Source: Octopus sinensis (taxonomy: Eukaryota). From it: a DNA stretch of 64,000 bases. The notes under the pieces are model-generated. The model made no database searches, was not told where the DNA came from, and was given only the letters and a program-made list of their open reading frames with translations. Shown piece by piece: positions 1-14,162 of this stretch (within the stretch, counting starts at the first letter, position 1; every line of letters begins with the position of its first letter). Location: contig NC_043000.1 of the NCBI RefSeq assembly GCF_006345805.1, positions 123,566,001-123,630,000 on the forward strand, given 5' to 3'. The translations under genes and the position numbers were made by a program.

Positions 1-356
1 GAGAGGTTTCCTCTAGCAAGACTTGGTGACTTCACCAGTGCTGATGCCACAAAAAAAGCAATCTGTACATTCTATGAAATAGAAAGCCATCCAGCAATAT
101 AAACCATGCCAAAACAGACATTGTAAGTTAAAGTCAAACTGTCCAACCCATGCTAACATTGAAAAAGGAACATTAAATGATGGTGATGATACATTGTGTA
201 AAAAAAAAAAAAATGACCAAATGGTCAATGAAATGCATGTCATATCTGTTTTATCAGAAATGACCTAGGGCTAAACAGCTATCTAAGAGTTGGATGTCAA
301 ATTACAATCAGCATCACTTTAGCCGTTAAATATAAAACCCTCAGCTAACAACTTAC

Positions 357-496
357 ATTTTCCATTTCGGCTCATTTTGAAACTGAACTGTCAACAGGTC
401 TTCATCTTGGTCAGTCCCCAACCTATGGTAATATAGCTTATTATACAGATTGGTGGTTGTTTCTGTGCCATCTGATTTGCCTTCAACAGGATATCT
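357..496 (-). CDS. PREP: PREP exon 6 ([46 protein letters not shown]); gene continues beyond window start
   Basis: [22 protein letters not shown] motif; ctgcag| acceptor and AT|gtaagt donor; 140 nt. Absent from the ORF track. Confidence 0.95.
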
Positions 497-730
497 CTGC
501 AGAAACGAAAGAGAACAACTGATGAATGTAACAAGAACAGGTCGGTTTTAATAAGAGAATGCATCTATATGTAAATGACAAATTTTAACCAAGGTTCAAG
601 GAATTGTTGTAGAGACATTGTCAGAAATGCTAACCCCAAACACCAAATAAACCTGAGATGAAGATCATTAGATTCTTTATGAAAAAAAACTATTAGAAAA
701 AAAACAAAAAAAAGAAACAATAATACTTAC

Positions 731-832
731 GTTGTAAAACATTCCTTTGTTATCATGAGTCCATGCCATGCTTGAGAATTTCACATGCTTTAGTGTATCA
801 GGAAGATCCTCACCAGATGGAGCTTTTTTGAA
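731..832 (-). CDS. PREP: PREP exon 5 ([34 protein letters not shown])
   Basis: VKFSxMAWTHDxKGMFYN motif; ttcag| acceptor and AAC|gtaagt donor; 102 nt. Confidence 0.96.
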
Positions 833-1224
833 CTGAAAGAAATAAAAATTCATATACACTTTTTTAATGATTTTAAGCAAATTAATGTATGCAAACTTTT
901 CACTTAGTAATTTGAAATTCATAATATGGCCATTTTCATAAACCAAATTCAAAGTTAAATCAATGCAACAAAAATAATTTTCAACTTATATCAAAATTTC
1001 ATCTTAAAAATTTCACAAGAAAAATAAATCATGTTTGTCTACATTATTTGTATTATAAATTTACGGTAAAAATATTTCTTTATCTTCACCCGTTTAATAC
1101 AATAAATGAGTATTGCAGTTAAAAACATTTATGTATTAAGAATCTGGGTACTTTACCAACAGTATATTGGATAAATACTATCCCATAGTGGGTTACACCC
1201 ATAACCCCTATCTTACTTTGTATT

Positions 1225-1480
1225 ATATATACATATATATACATACACACACACGCATATATACACACACACACATGCATATATATATATATACACACAC
1301 GCATATATATATATATACACACACGCATATATATATATATACATACACACACGCATATATATATATATACACACACGCATATATATATATATACACACAC
1401 GCATATACATATATACACACACACGCACATACATATATACACACACACGCACATACATATATATACATACATACATACAT

Positions 1481-1515
<35 letters not shown>
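1225..1515. repeat. Compound purine-pyrimidine repeat with about 20-22-nt higher-order unit (TA)n(CA)nCGCA, in PREP intron 4
   Basis: Directly visible; source of the spurious HTHT/VCVC ORFs. Confidence 0.95.
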
Positions 1516-1518
<3 letters not shown>

Positions 1519-2189
1519 GAACTGCCTTAAAGCCTTGAAACTCTACTCTCTCCAGTGCCGTTGCGAGTGGTACATTATTTGCACGATATGGAGAATGTAC
1601 TGCCAGCATTGTCCAAACCTGACCATTAGCTTCAAGGTTCATCCAAAACTGGGACCATGGGCCATACGTCCCCTGCCCAATTCAGGATCACAACATATAG
1701 GTACACTGCGACAATTTCTTTTCCTCAACAGGCCCTCCCCAGTTTAACATTGTCCCAAAAGGCAATAAAAAACAATGTTGACCATAAGCAATACTTAAAT
1801 TTTCTGGGCAAGTACCTGTGACATGTTTCAGTATTATTCTGAACTCGGTGAAGTACAACCTCCCAGTACTTAAATACCCAAATATTCTTCATTGAAGCTA
1901 TACACCACTAAGGAGGTCAGAATAATATCAAAATGTAGGATTTAATAATACCAAAATATAGGAACATCTGTCTTGGACTAACATTTTCTTTCTTTTTCTC
2001 AGTTTTCTTGTAATCTTCTTAATGTTCCATGTAACAATAATTTTATACTAACTTAACTATTCAAATTACAGTCTGTAATTGTCTGTTAAGCTTTCTCCAA
2101 TTCATGTCTTGCAAGATAAGAAATTACAGAACAAGATTGTTACTAATGTTTGTTCTTCATAAATCCAGGTAAACTTTTCGGATACCAAC

Positions 2190-2358
2190 CTGTATTGTGA
2201 TCCAGTCTGAACCACATTTACTGAGTCCATAAGCAAAATAGGAACCATCCTCAGAGAAGGCTGTGCCACTGATTGACAGGGTGCCATCTTCAGACAATGA
2301 GTTGGGGTCTAGAAACACACGGGGTTCACTTTTCAAGTTATCCTGAACATACAAAACA
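2190..2358 (-). CDS. PREP: PREP exon 4 ([26 protein letters not shown]...[23 protein letters not shown])
   Basis: Beta-propeller motifs FLDPN, FSEDG, AYGLS, GSDW; tttag| acceptor and CAG|gttggt donor; 169 nt. Confidence 0.96.
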
Positions 2359-3695
2359 CTAAAAAAGAAAAAAACAAAACAAGAAAATACTAACACCCAA
2401 TCCTTCATTTTACTTTGATGCACAGTTTTTATGCACAGCTGTGGCTGTATGGTAAGAAGTTTGCCTCCCTAATCCCTTGGTTTTGGGTTCAGTCCCACTG
2501 CATAGCACCTTGAGCAAGTGTCTTCTACAATAGAGCCAAGCCAATCAAAAGCCTTGTGAGTAGATTTGGTAGATGAAAACTGAAAGAAGCCTTTTGTGAG
2601 TATACGTGTGCATATGTGTGTGTGCATGCATATTACTGTCTCCTTGCCTTGACATCATATGATACAAGTAAACAAATTTATTATCATCATTTCCAATCTT
2701 CCATGAAACATGTCTAGTCAAGGGGAAATATTACCTTCCTGGAAAGGATTAGTAACAGGAAGAGCATCTGGCCATAAAAAATCTGCCTCAATAAATTCCA
2801 TCAAATCCATGCAAGCATGGAAAAGAGGACATTAAACTGATGATGATGATGATGAATTACTTGAATGAGAAAACATTTGTGACAATGTATTACTAGAGAG
2901 AAACCACAGACCAATTGACTGAATAGTTATTGTCTATATTCTGTTACCAGTGGCAAACTACATGCATGGTTAAGATACATAAGTGATTTTGGCTCAGTAT
3001 ACAGTCTCCATAGCTGTAAATAAATACCATCACAAGTACTTCTCTCTAAAAATACATAATGCATTCCAGAAGTTTTGAAACTTTAAGGAATGACATTTAT
3101 CAATTTGAAGTACAAAACTCTGATCTCCTTCAAAGTAGGATCCTCTGACATCAATGCACTTTATGAAGTGGCTGGAGCACAAGACTCCACTTATTGGTTA
3201 CATACAAAATGTAATTCTAATAGCATTCCAGTCCTCACTGTCAAATACTGTACACCTGAGTTGGCCTTCATAAACACCACCAGAATACAATCTTTCTCAC
3301 CATCAGTTCAGTCCCACTTAACTTTTATATAGTTATATAAGAAGGGGAAGATTACAACCTAAATTCTAATGGTTTTAAAAATTGCATACTTGATGGCATA
3401 TATGACAGTTTTTCTCCCAAGAAAAAAAAAATCTCCCTGGGTCCTATATGCAAAGTTAAGCCCACAAGGCATGCTTTAATGCACTAAAAATTCTTGCCCA
3501 AGGTGTCATGCAATGGGACTAAACTCAAGTCCACATGATTGAAAAGCAAGCTTTTCGACCAGCAGCCACTCCTGCACCTATATATCAAATAGTAGAAAAA
3601 GAAAAAATATAAGCAGCAGCAAATTTATCTTAAATTCAGTGAAAATACAAATATATTCTAAGAAAAATCTCAACTAAAAAGCTGCAAGTACTGAC

Positions 3696-3791
3696 CTCTG
3701 ATTCTGTAAGCCAGAATTGCAATAGTAATAATAGGATCCTCCATGCTCGGCAGGTGAGCTGTATTTAGCAAAGTTCCATTTTTCTGTCAAG
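3696..3791 (-). CDS. PREP: PREP exon 3 (LTEKWNFAKYSSPAEHGGSYYYYCNSGLQNQ)
   Basis: NxGLQNQ motif; ttcag| acceptor and AG|gtcagt donor; 96 nt, phases 2/2. Confidence 0.95.
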
Positions 3792-5299
3792 CTGAAAGAA
3801 ATAATAAAATCAATGAAGGAAAAAAAATCTATTACATATTTAAATAATATGTATAAACTATTCATAAAGCAAATGTTTATAGGATCGGGTGGATCAGCTT
3901 CAGTTCAATGCTAGGTATACAGAATTTGGCCTAAAGAGATGGAAGACAAAATCAATAATCCAAGAGGAATTTGAACTTATAAAGGAATGTTTCTAGCTTC
4001 AGAGCTAATTCTGAAAGACTTTATATAATGGTGCAACTCAGTACATGACTGGCACTTAGTGAAACGCTAAGTCACAGATCATAAGTTACAGAATGTAAAA
4101 GGACTTGAAAATATTCTTTTCTACTCTAGGCACAAGGGCCGAAATTTTGGGTGAGGGGCCCAGTCACATAGATCGACCCAGTAGGCAACTGGTACTTAAT
4201 TTATCGACCCCGAAAGGCAGAAAGTCAAAGTCAACCTCAGCGGAATTTGAACTCAGAGCCTAACAGCAGACGAAATACCTATTTCTTTACTACACACAAG
4301 GGGCTAAACACAGAGAGGACAAACAAAGACAGACACACAGATTAAGTCGATTAGACCGACCCCAGTGCATAACTGGTACTTATTTAATCGACCCCAAAAA
4401 GGATGAAAGGCAAAGTCAACCTCAGCGGAATTTGAACTCAGAACGTAAAGACAGACAAAATACCACTAAGCATTTCGCCTGGCATGCTAACATTTCTGCA
4501 AGGACTTTAAAATATTTCTTTTACCCAACAACTTTGTTTCTTCCTGCCATTGATTTTTTTTCCATTAGCACAAAATCACAAACTAAGTTAAAAAAAGAGC
4601 CATTGTTGACTACATTGACCACTACACATTCCAAATGCATTCTAGGCATAAGTATTTTAAACAAATAATCAAAATCGAAATCAAATTTAATGACTGGCAT
4701 CCATGCTAGTGGAGCGCTAAGAGAACCATCCAAGTGTGATTGTTGCCAGAACAGCTAACTGGCTTCTGTGCCGGTGGTACGTAAAAAGTGTGATTGTTAC
4801 CAGCGTCGCCTTACTGGCACTTGTACCAGTAGCATGTGAAAAAACATTTGAGCGAGATCGTTGCCAGTGCTGCTGGACTGGCTCCTGTGCAGGTGGCACG
4901 TAATAAACACCATTTGAGCATGGCCATTGCCAGTGCTGCCAGATTGGCCATCATGCCGGTGGCACGTAAAAGCACCCACTACACTCTTGGAGTGGTTGGC
5001 ATTAGGAAGGGCATCCAGCTGTAGAAACTCTGCCAGATCAAGATTGGAGCTTGGTGCAGCCATCTGGTTTGCCAGTCCTCAGTCAAACCGTCCAACCCAT
5101 GCTAGCATGGAAAACGGACGTTAAACAATGATGATGAATTATTTCTTACAAAGCACCATCATTAGGCATAAGGTCTCAGATCTCAGGGGAAGGGACAGTC
5201 GATTGTATTGACGCAATACCTGACAGGTATTTTATGGACCCAGGAGGAATAAAAGGTAAAGGTAAAGAGGATCAGAATGGAAATCGATCAATGGAAATT

Positions 5300-5662
5300 G
5301 CAGATGTGTTACCAGTGCCGGTGGCATGTAAGAGAACCTTCCGTTTCGCGACCGTTGCCAGCACCGCCCCGTTTCGTGTCCGTTGCCAGCCTCGCCTGGC
5401 CCTCGTGCTGGTGGCACATAAAAAGCTCCATCCGTTCGTGGCCGTTTGCCAGCTCAGTCTGGCACCTGTGCGGGTGGCACGTAAAAAGCACCCACTACAC
5501 TCACGGAGTGGTTGGCGTTAGGAAGGGCATCCAGCCGTAGAAACACTGCCAGATTTGACTGGGCCTGATGAAGCCTTCTGGCTTCACAGACCCCAGTAGA
5601 ACCGTCCAACCCATGCTAGCATGGAAAACGGACGCTAAACGACAATGATGACGATGATGATG
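5300..5662 (+). mobile_element. SINE/LINE-tail family D ending in (GAT)n. Others at 4715-5135, 7340-7503 (+), 9180-9490, 14830-15085 (-)
   Basis: Shared GGAAGGGCATCCAGC...CCCATGCTAGCATGGAAAACGGACG.TAAAC(GAT)n 3' end. Confidence 0.75.
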
Positions 5663-6677
5663 ACAGGCATTTTATCTAACACTAACGATTCTGACAATTT
5701 GCCATTTCCTTCCTTCCTGAAAAGGTTTCATATTTTGGCACAAAGTCAACAATTTTCAGGACGGGCTAAGTCAATTACATTGAGCCCAGGGCTCAACTAG
5801 TACTTATCTTATCGACCTTGAAAGGATGAAAAACAAAGTCAACCTCAAAGCAATTTGAACATAAAACCAAAAGAGAAGCTGATAAGCATTTTGTCTGGTA
5901 TGCTAATGAATCGACCAGTTTTCCATCTTTCTTCCTGACTCAATCATAAAGGCTTCGACATTATTGGTACCACTTTTCCCTGGTCCATCCACCCAAACAT
6001 TTTCTCCACTTATTCCTGGGAGGCTTGTGGGAATAGAGTCTTCAGACACCTCCTTTGTAGGATCCTATCAAAAGCACCATCATTACACTTTCTCCCAATC
6101 ATTAACAGCTGTTCCTTCCTGGACCCACTTCAGGGTCCCAGGACATGCAACCATTGTGCTTCCACCCTACACTTCCCAGAACAAGTCGCATGTTTATTGC
6201 TGATTGTACCAACATTGGATGGAGACCAAAAAGTATTTTTCAAACCGATTCTTCTACCTAAAATCCAAATGCATCCCTTAACACAGGCAATGGACAATGT
6301 TGTATGGTCATCTTTTCTAACCATTTTTATATTATAGCATTTGGTCATCTTATACCAGGCACCAAGCCAGTATTTTTTATTAGACCCACAAATTTTCCTT
6401 GGTCGTTCCCTCTTAAACTGCATCCAGGTGGAAAACACAACTGACGATTCCAGTTTCAAACTCAATCCACAATAATTTAAATCAACCATTAACTGAACTA
6501 ATATCACCTAATTATCTCAACGCCCTAATACTGGAGAACTTTAAAAGAAAAACAAAAATTATGGGCACTACTTACCTGCTCTGCAAAATTAATAATTAAA
6601 AAAGAAATTGAATTAATAAAACAGTAATATGAACGGTATTTTAAAATGTAGCTCTCAAAGAAGATATTTCAACAAAC

Positions 6678-6805
6678 CTTTCTTGTATCTTCTGACGATG
6701 AGGACACTGCTCAATAAATGGGTGGCTAATAGAATTCTGAGCATCAACAAATGCAATGGTTTCTTTAGCGTCAGGATCTTCTAACCATCGGTAAGGATCT
6801 GAAAT
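6678..6805 (-). CDS. PREP: PREP exon 2 (ISDPYRWLEDPDAKETIAFVDAQNSISHPFIEQCPHRQKIQE)
   Basis: DPYxWLEDPD motif of the POP family; tctag|ATT acceptor and AG|gtttgt donor; 128 nt. Absent from the ORF track. Confidence 0.95.
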
Positions 6806-9800
6806 CTAGACAATTATAATTGGGTTAATAAGGATTTAAAATTTTGGCACAAAGCCAGCAAGTTTGTATGGTGGGGAAATCAATCAATCCCAGTGCTTGA
6901 CTGGTGTTCATCAACCCAAAAGGGATGAAAGGGAAAGGTGATTTCAATGGAATTTGAACACTGAACGTAAAAACAGATGAAATACTTGTTTATTACCCAC
7001 AAAGGGCTAAACATAGAGGGGACAAACAAGGACAGACAAACGGATTAAGTCAATTATATCGACCCCAGTGCATAACTGGTACTTAATTTATCGACCCCGA
7101 AAGGACGAAAAGCAAAGTTGACCTCAGTGGAATTTGAACTCAGAACGTAGCAGCAGACAAAATACCTATTTCTTTACTACACACAAGGGGCTAAATACAG
7201 AGAGGACAAACAAGGACAGATATCTCTACCTTTTCCTCGTAAAGAATACATTCATTTGTGTCATTTGTTAGGATCAAAAACCTTCATATGTTTTTTGTTC
7301 ATGTGCTTTTGCTACCTCTCCTATGCTTGTGCCACATAAAAAGCACTAAGGTCACTCTGCTGAGTGGTTGGTGTTAGGAAGGGCATCCAGCTGTAAAAAT
7401 CCTGCCAAAACAGTCACAGAAGTCTGGTGCAGGCTTCTGCCTGGCTGGCTCTTGTGAAACCGTCCCACCCATGCTAGCATGGAAGGTGGACGTTAAACGA
7501 TGAACAATGGTCTCATATTGATGGGCACAAGTACATAAAATCCATATAAAAGATACACGACCTTGCAGTAATGTCATGTAAATGCAAGTGATAGTGCTCT
7601 CTGGATAGCTGAGCATTGTGGAGTTTTTGTGGTACAAACACTGATCACCAGCCTCTGTTATCACAGATCAATCCATAAAAGGCATAACATGGTTCACAAT
7701 TGAAAACACACCATGCTATCCCAGATCAACGATGATTGAATCTGTGATAAATTAGGATACATGTAACAACCTTTATTGAACTACGAGGTATTAGCAAAAA
7801 GGTTTTTTTAAAAAAAAATTGGTCAATTCCAATGTCATACGACTAAAAAGAAATCTATAATGATTACATTTGATATAAGCCACTACAGTGGCGTGTTGAA
7901 AAAAAGGAGGAACTAGATTAACAAGCAAGCATTTAATTTTTAATTAGCGAAAATTTACTAATTAACTAATTCCATAAGATGAAAGAATTTCTCATGCACT
8001 TTTATATGGTTGATTGGCTTCACTAATCAGATTATGTAATCTGCAACAAACCATGACCAACAGAAAAAAAATTAAAAAAAAAGAATCAGATGTGTGGACT
8101 AGCTGTTATCCAAACTAATCTAACTGAACTTAATCTGAAAGGTTGGCTGTAAAGTGGTTATAAAGATTAGGTTATACAAGTCATTAGGAAATAAAACAAT
8201 TTCCTCCTGTGTGTTTATCAGCTCAAGTACATAGAAACTGAGAGGTATTAGCCACACCAATTCATTGATTAGATCGTACACGTTTTTCCTAAATAAAAAA
8301 AAACAAATAAATCTGATTATTAGATAATTTCAAGACCTAATTAGCAAATAAATTAATGGTACAAGCTCAAAATTTTGACACGTGAACTACTTAGAAACAA
8401 GAGTACTCTACTAATCGTGATGAAACTATATGCATTTACAGAAAGATTTATTGAAATATTTGTGTCAAGTGAGTTCATAATGACTTCTGCAGGTTTGAAG
8501 TTAAGCAATAGATTCATACAAAACAGACGTTTGGTTACTGCAAAGTAAACAAATACAGTTATTTAGGATATTAATGGCCCTATGGATTTCATAGAAGAGG
8601 GGTTCAGATTTATATTATATGAGGAAAAGGTGAATGCTAAGCAGAGAAGAGGCAGTAACCAAAAGCTGCCTACAGAGAGAGAGAGTAGGATTAACTGTTG
8701 TTCCATTAGCTGTTTGAACTGAATAACATAACAGAAAATCGGGGAGGAAGATGTGGATACAAATTTGTTGATTATTTCTTTTATTTCACCAAAAATTTAT
8801 TTTAATTGTAATTTTGTTTTACTCTATTTATATAAATACTAAATAATCAACATATTAAAAATCTGAAAATATCAATGGCCTTCATCAGAAATCCCTCTTA
8901 AATTTAATATAGTTAAATAAGAAGGGGAAGATTACAACCTAAATTCTAATGGTCTTAAAAAGCCAGTCATTTAGAGAGAACCAAGGAAAAGCAATAATAG
9001 GTCAATGTTATCAACAAATTTGAAATACGATTGGCCTTTCAGTATAGGTCATATACTGCATCAATAGATTTTACAACAAAGTGCTGCTGACATCTAGTAA
9101 AGATTATTAGAGATGATATAACCATATTGACCTTTAGTGATTCAATAAATCAATAATCACCAATCCTTTTTATGATATCATCATCATCGTTTAACGTCCG
9201 TTTTCCATGCTAGCATGAGTTGGACAGTTCGACCAGGGTCTGGGAAGCCAGGAGGCTGTACCAGGCTCCAGTCTGATCTGGCAGTGTTTCTACAGCTGGA
9301 TACCCTTCCTAACACCAACCACTGTGAGTGTAGTGGGTGCTTTTTACATGCCACCGGCACAGGGGCCAGAGGAGGCTGGCAGACGGCCACAATCGGTTGG
9401 TGCTTTTACGTGTCACTGACACGGACGCCAGTCAGGCAGCACTGGCATCTGCCACGTTCGGACGGTGCTTTTTACGTGTCACCGGCAAGTGCATCTTAAC
9501 TACAATTTCCATTTGATTTTTATTTTGATGTTGGTGTTGACGTACTTGACTCAATAGGTCTCCTCAAGAACTCTTTAAAGAAATACACTGTCAATAAATT
9601 TTGATGGTCTTGGATTCAGTCCTGCTGTAGGCACTGTGTGGAAGCATGTGTGTGTGTGTTCATGTTTTATTGCTGTCCCACTGCTTGAATGGGCATCAGC
9701 TCCTTTACATATCCATTACTTAACAGTTCAGCAAATGAAACTAACAGAATAAGTACCACACTTTAAAAAATAAGTACTGGGGCTAATTTGTTCAACAAAA

Positions 9801-11814
9801 CCCTTCATGGTAGCGTCACAGCATAGCCACAGTCCCACAACTGGACCCAAGTGAAAGAGGAGAGATTTGGGATGAAGGGATTTATCAAAATAATTAACAA
9901 ATTTCATTAATTATCTAGCACAGTGCTTCTCAAGATTTTGTAGCTTGTTGCACCTTTTCTCCAAATGGTGGGGTTTTTTTTATACAAATGTTTCCACCAA
10001 CCAAATTATTCCAATCATAAAAAAGCTGACTCTGTGCTGCAGTTTATTATATATAAATTCTTGTCCTATTCCATCCAATGCATGCCTCCATTTAGATGTT
10101 TGCATGAATTAGTATCCCTACATTAAATTTTTCATGGAAATTACTAAAAGAGGGAAAGGTTTATATAATGATATTACATTGGACCTTGGTATACCATTAG
10201 TTGTGTTTTTTGCTCATTGATAACACAATCATCATTTAACATACATTTTCTATGCTGGCATGGCTTGGACAGTTTGACTGAGGGCTGGAAAGCTGGAGAA
10301 TAGCACCAGGCTCCAACAGTTTTTTTTTTTTTTAGCCTGGTTTCTATGGCTATGTGCCATAGAAACCATTTTACAGAGTGTACAGGGTGATTTTTACTTG
10401 GCACCAACAAATTCCTATTCATATTCTCATACCAACAAAGAACTTTTTGAAAAGGTGTTTAACACACTGGCTCCCACACCATCTACCAAGAGGACATGAC
10501 AGTATGTTTGCAAGACCCACATGTGTATGTGTGTCGTTATCCCCACCTCCATCACTCCAACAAACCTCCAGTGTTGGTTTGTTCATGTCCCTGTAACTTG
10601 GCAGTTTTGCATAAGAGACAGATAGAATTAGAATAAGTAGCAGACATAAAAATAAGTAATGGGGGTGATTCCTTTGGCTAAACCCTTTCAAGGTAGTGTC
10701 CCCACCCACCATGATTGCAGTTCAATCACTAAAGTAAAAGATAAGCTCCATGCAAAATCTAAATTTCAGAACTATTCTTTTATTTGCTTCGGTCATTTGA
10801 TTGCGGCCATGCTGGAGCACCACCTTTTTTAGTTGAGCAAATTCTTTGTAAACCTAGTACTTATTCTATTAGTCTTGATTGCTGAACTTCTAAGTTACGG
10901 GGTCCTAAACACACCAACATCAGTTGTCAAGCACTGGTAGGAGGACAAACAGATACACAAACATATACATATATATATTTATATATATATGTATATATAT
11001 ATATATATATACATACTACGGGCTTCTTTCAGTTTCTGTCCACCAAATCCACTCACAAGACTTTGGTTGGCCCGAGGCTATAGAAGACACTTGCCCAAGG
11101 TGCCATGCAGTGAGACTGAACCCGGAACCATGTGGTTGGTAAGCAAGCTACTTACCAAACAGCCACAATCAATTCTAGAATAGAAAATTGGATGTTAAAC
11201 TAGGAATAGAATACAAATTCTTACAAATAACAACAGGCCAAAATATTGTTAAATCTATTTTAGATTCACGCACAACCTATATAGAAGTTGACCATCAGTA
11301 ACAGGAAAAAGATGCCTTCATCAAATTCACAACCAGAGATTTTTCTTTGGTTCCAACACATTCATATGTACATATTCTGGTTTATTGCCAAACACACCTC
11401 AACCAATTTTTGTTGAATCATTCTACTTGCCATTCCTCAAATCCAGAAGGTTCAGTTAGCAGAATATTTGCTTCTTTCTACCCTCCAAACCTATCTTACC
11501 ACTTACCTATAATTTTGGTCATTGTGTTATAGGTTCTCCACTTACTGGTTACATACAAAATGTAATTCTAATAGCATTCCACTCCTCACCATCAAATACT
11601 GTACACCTGAGTTGGCTTTCATAAACACCATCAGTATACAATCTTCCTCACCATCAACTTCAAAATGTAAAAGTAAGTATATACCATTTCCTAAAAAAAC
11701 TTATGACTTCATATATATATAATGCTTAACATAATTTGCAGAGGTTGGGCAGTAGAAACAGAATGGGTAGAGCACTGGCCAAAATCTCATAATTTTGAGA
11801 TGAATAACATTAAC

Positions 11815-12005
<191 letters not shown>

Positions 12006-13535
12006 GTTTGTTTTATATATATATCTCAATCATTTAACAACCCTGATCGATGTATGGTGTACTAAATGCATTTTCTGTGACACCAGCTGCTGCTGCTATG
12101 CTCCCATCAAGATCAGTTACCTCAATCCTGCATATTTCGGCTAAGTTTGCTAATTACTTTCAAAGTGTGCTGCGTGCATTTTATCGTGGCATCAACAGTT
12201 GTAAAATCATCTTAATTTACAAGACTGAAGAGTCTCCAAGACAGAGAGGGAGAGAATTTGAAGTACAATAGAAAGTGGCAGTAGAGAGACATGCAGACTT
12301 TTTTTTTTCTACTCTAGGCACAAGGCCTGAAATTTTTGGGGAGATGGGGCCAGTCGATTAGATTGACCCCAGTACGCAACTGGTACTTATTTTATCGACC
12401 CTGAAAGGATGAAAGGCAATGTCAACCTCGGCAGAATTTGAACTCAGAACGTAAAGACAGACGAAATACTGCTAAGCATTTTACCCAGTGTGCTGTTTCT
12501 GCCAGCTCATCACCTAAATGCAGACAGAATTGAAGAAGGGAGCAGTAAAATGGAAAAGAGGTCAGGGATTAGTGATGGGCGTGGTGGGATGGGTTGAGTA
12601 GACGGAAAATCGGTGTAACTCCAGTGTGTGAAGGAGAGACAAAGTTGATGGTGACAAGGAACCAAAATGTATCCTCAAAGTAACATATCCAAGAAGGTGA
12701 ATAGAAAAGAACATAGTAACAGAAGACAGAGAAAGAGAGGTGGGGAGCATTGCACTGTGGCCATACTAGGACACCATCTTGAAGAGCTTTAATTGAACAA
12801 AATGGTAGGGCTCCAGCATGACCACAGCTCGCAAGCAGAAACTAGAAGAAATGAAAAAAAAAAATCAACTGCATTATTTTTTAAAACTTTGCACCTATAC
12901 TATTGGTCTCTGTAGATGAAACGCTAAGTTATGGAGACACAAACAAACCAACACCATTTGTCAAGTGATGGAAAGAGAGAAACACATGACAGGCTTCCAC
13001 ACAGTTTCCATCTACCAAATTTACTCACAAGGCATTGGTCAACCTAAAACTATAAAAGACACTTGTCCAAGGTGCCGAGCAGTGGGACTGAACTCAAAAC
13101 CACATGGTTGCAAAGCAAACTTCTTAACCACACAGCCATGCCTGTGCCTAATGCCAAACCAAACTGCACAAAAAGAAGACTTGGCAAGAGTTAGACATAT
13201 GCAAAAATTATTAGAATGGCAGTAATGATGCCTTGCAGAAATAGCTGCAGCAAGAACAACACTTTCACTACATTTTTCTTCCCCCTGTATACCTACATGT
13301 GCATACATATGCACAAAGCTATTCATCCAGTTGTTTAACATCTGTTTTCTTATGCTTGCATGTGATGGAGATTATATATATAGGTGGAGGCATGGCTGTG
13401 TGATAAGTAGTTTGCCTCCCATTCACATGGTTCTGGGTGCATCTTGGGTTAGTGTCTTCTACTGTAGTTCCAGGCTGATCATAGCCTGGTGAATGGACTT
13501 AGAAGATGGAAACTGAAAGGAGCCCATTATGTGTG

Positions 13536-13569
<34 letters not shown>

Positions 13570-13874
13570 GTTAATCAAAACAAGAAAACAAAAAAAACAC
13601 AGCAACGCGAGGACGTGGAACAAAAAGTATTATTGGATGCTCAGGAAAGAAGGGAAGGTAGGTAGGTAGGTAGGTAGGTAGGTAGGTGTGTGTGTGTGTG
13701 CATTATATATATTCATAATTAATAATAGAAGGGTAAAATTTATTAATTAAATTAATTAATAAATCAATTAATTAACAATTTCACCAGGTAGATCGGTACG
13801 TTAAAATAACCTTTATAGGTAAAATTATCCACATAATTATAATTATAAGCAGTTAGCTGAACCCTAATTATAAC

Positions 13875-13943
<69 letters not shown>

Positions 13944-13946
13944 ATA

Positions 13947-13986
<40 letters not shown>

Positions 13987-14122
13987 TTTATTTAAAGCAG
14001 CAGAAAATTCAACAAAACCTGTTGCTCTGAGTTTCCCGTTGCCGTTCAAATAAAGCATATTACTCTACCACTGGTATTTGAGTACTCTTTTTTCCACCTT
14101 GTTTCACATTTGTGTTTACTCC

Positions 14123-14162
<40 letters not shown>

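Noticed and set aside
13-243. Possible PREP exon 7
   Set aside because: No frame resembles the expected next segment (GAELSDDGRY-like); the exon must lie outside the window.
1119-1642. ORFs rich in YI/HT/VC dipeptides here and at 11.7-12.1, 28.7-29.0, 30.0-31.3, 32.8-33.0 and 59.0-59.7 kb
   Set aside because: They are translations of (TA)n, (CA)n and (TACA)n microsatellites, not genes.
3185-3310. About 120-bp segment duplicated at 11535-11655 (and 3335-3380 at 8915-8960)
   Set aside because: Probably fragments of an unclassified interspersed repeat; no coding or structural signal found.
5560-5595. CTGATGA followed by a stem-loop, resembling a hammerhead
   Set aside because: No GAAA or stem III follows; it is an internal hairpin of SINE family D.
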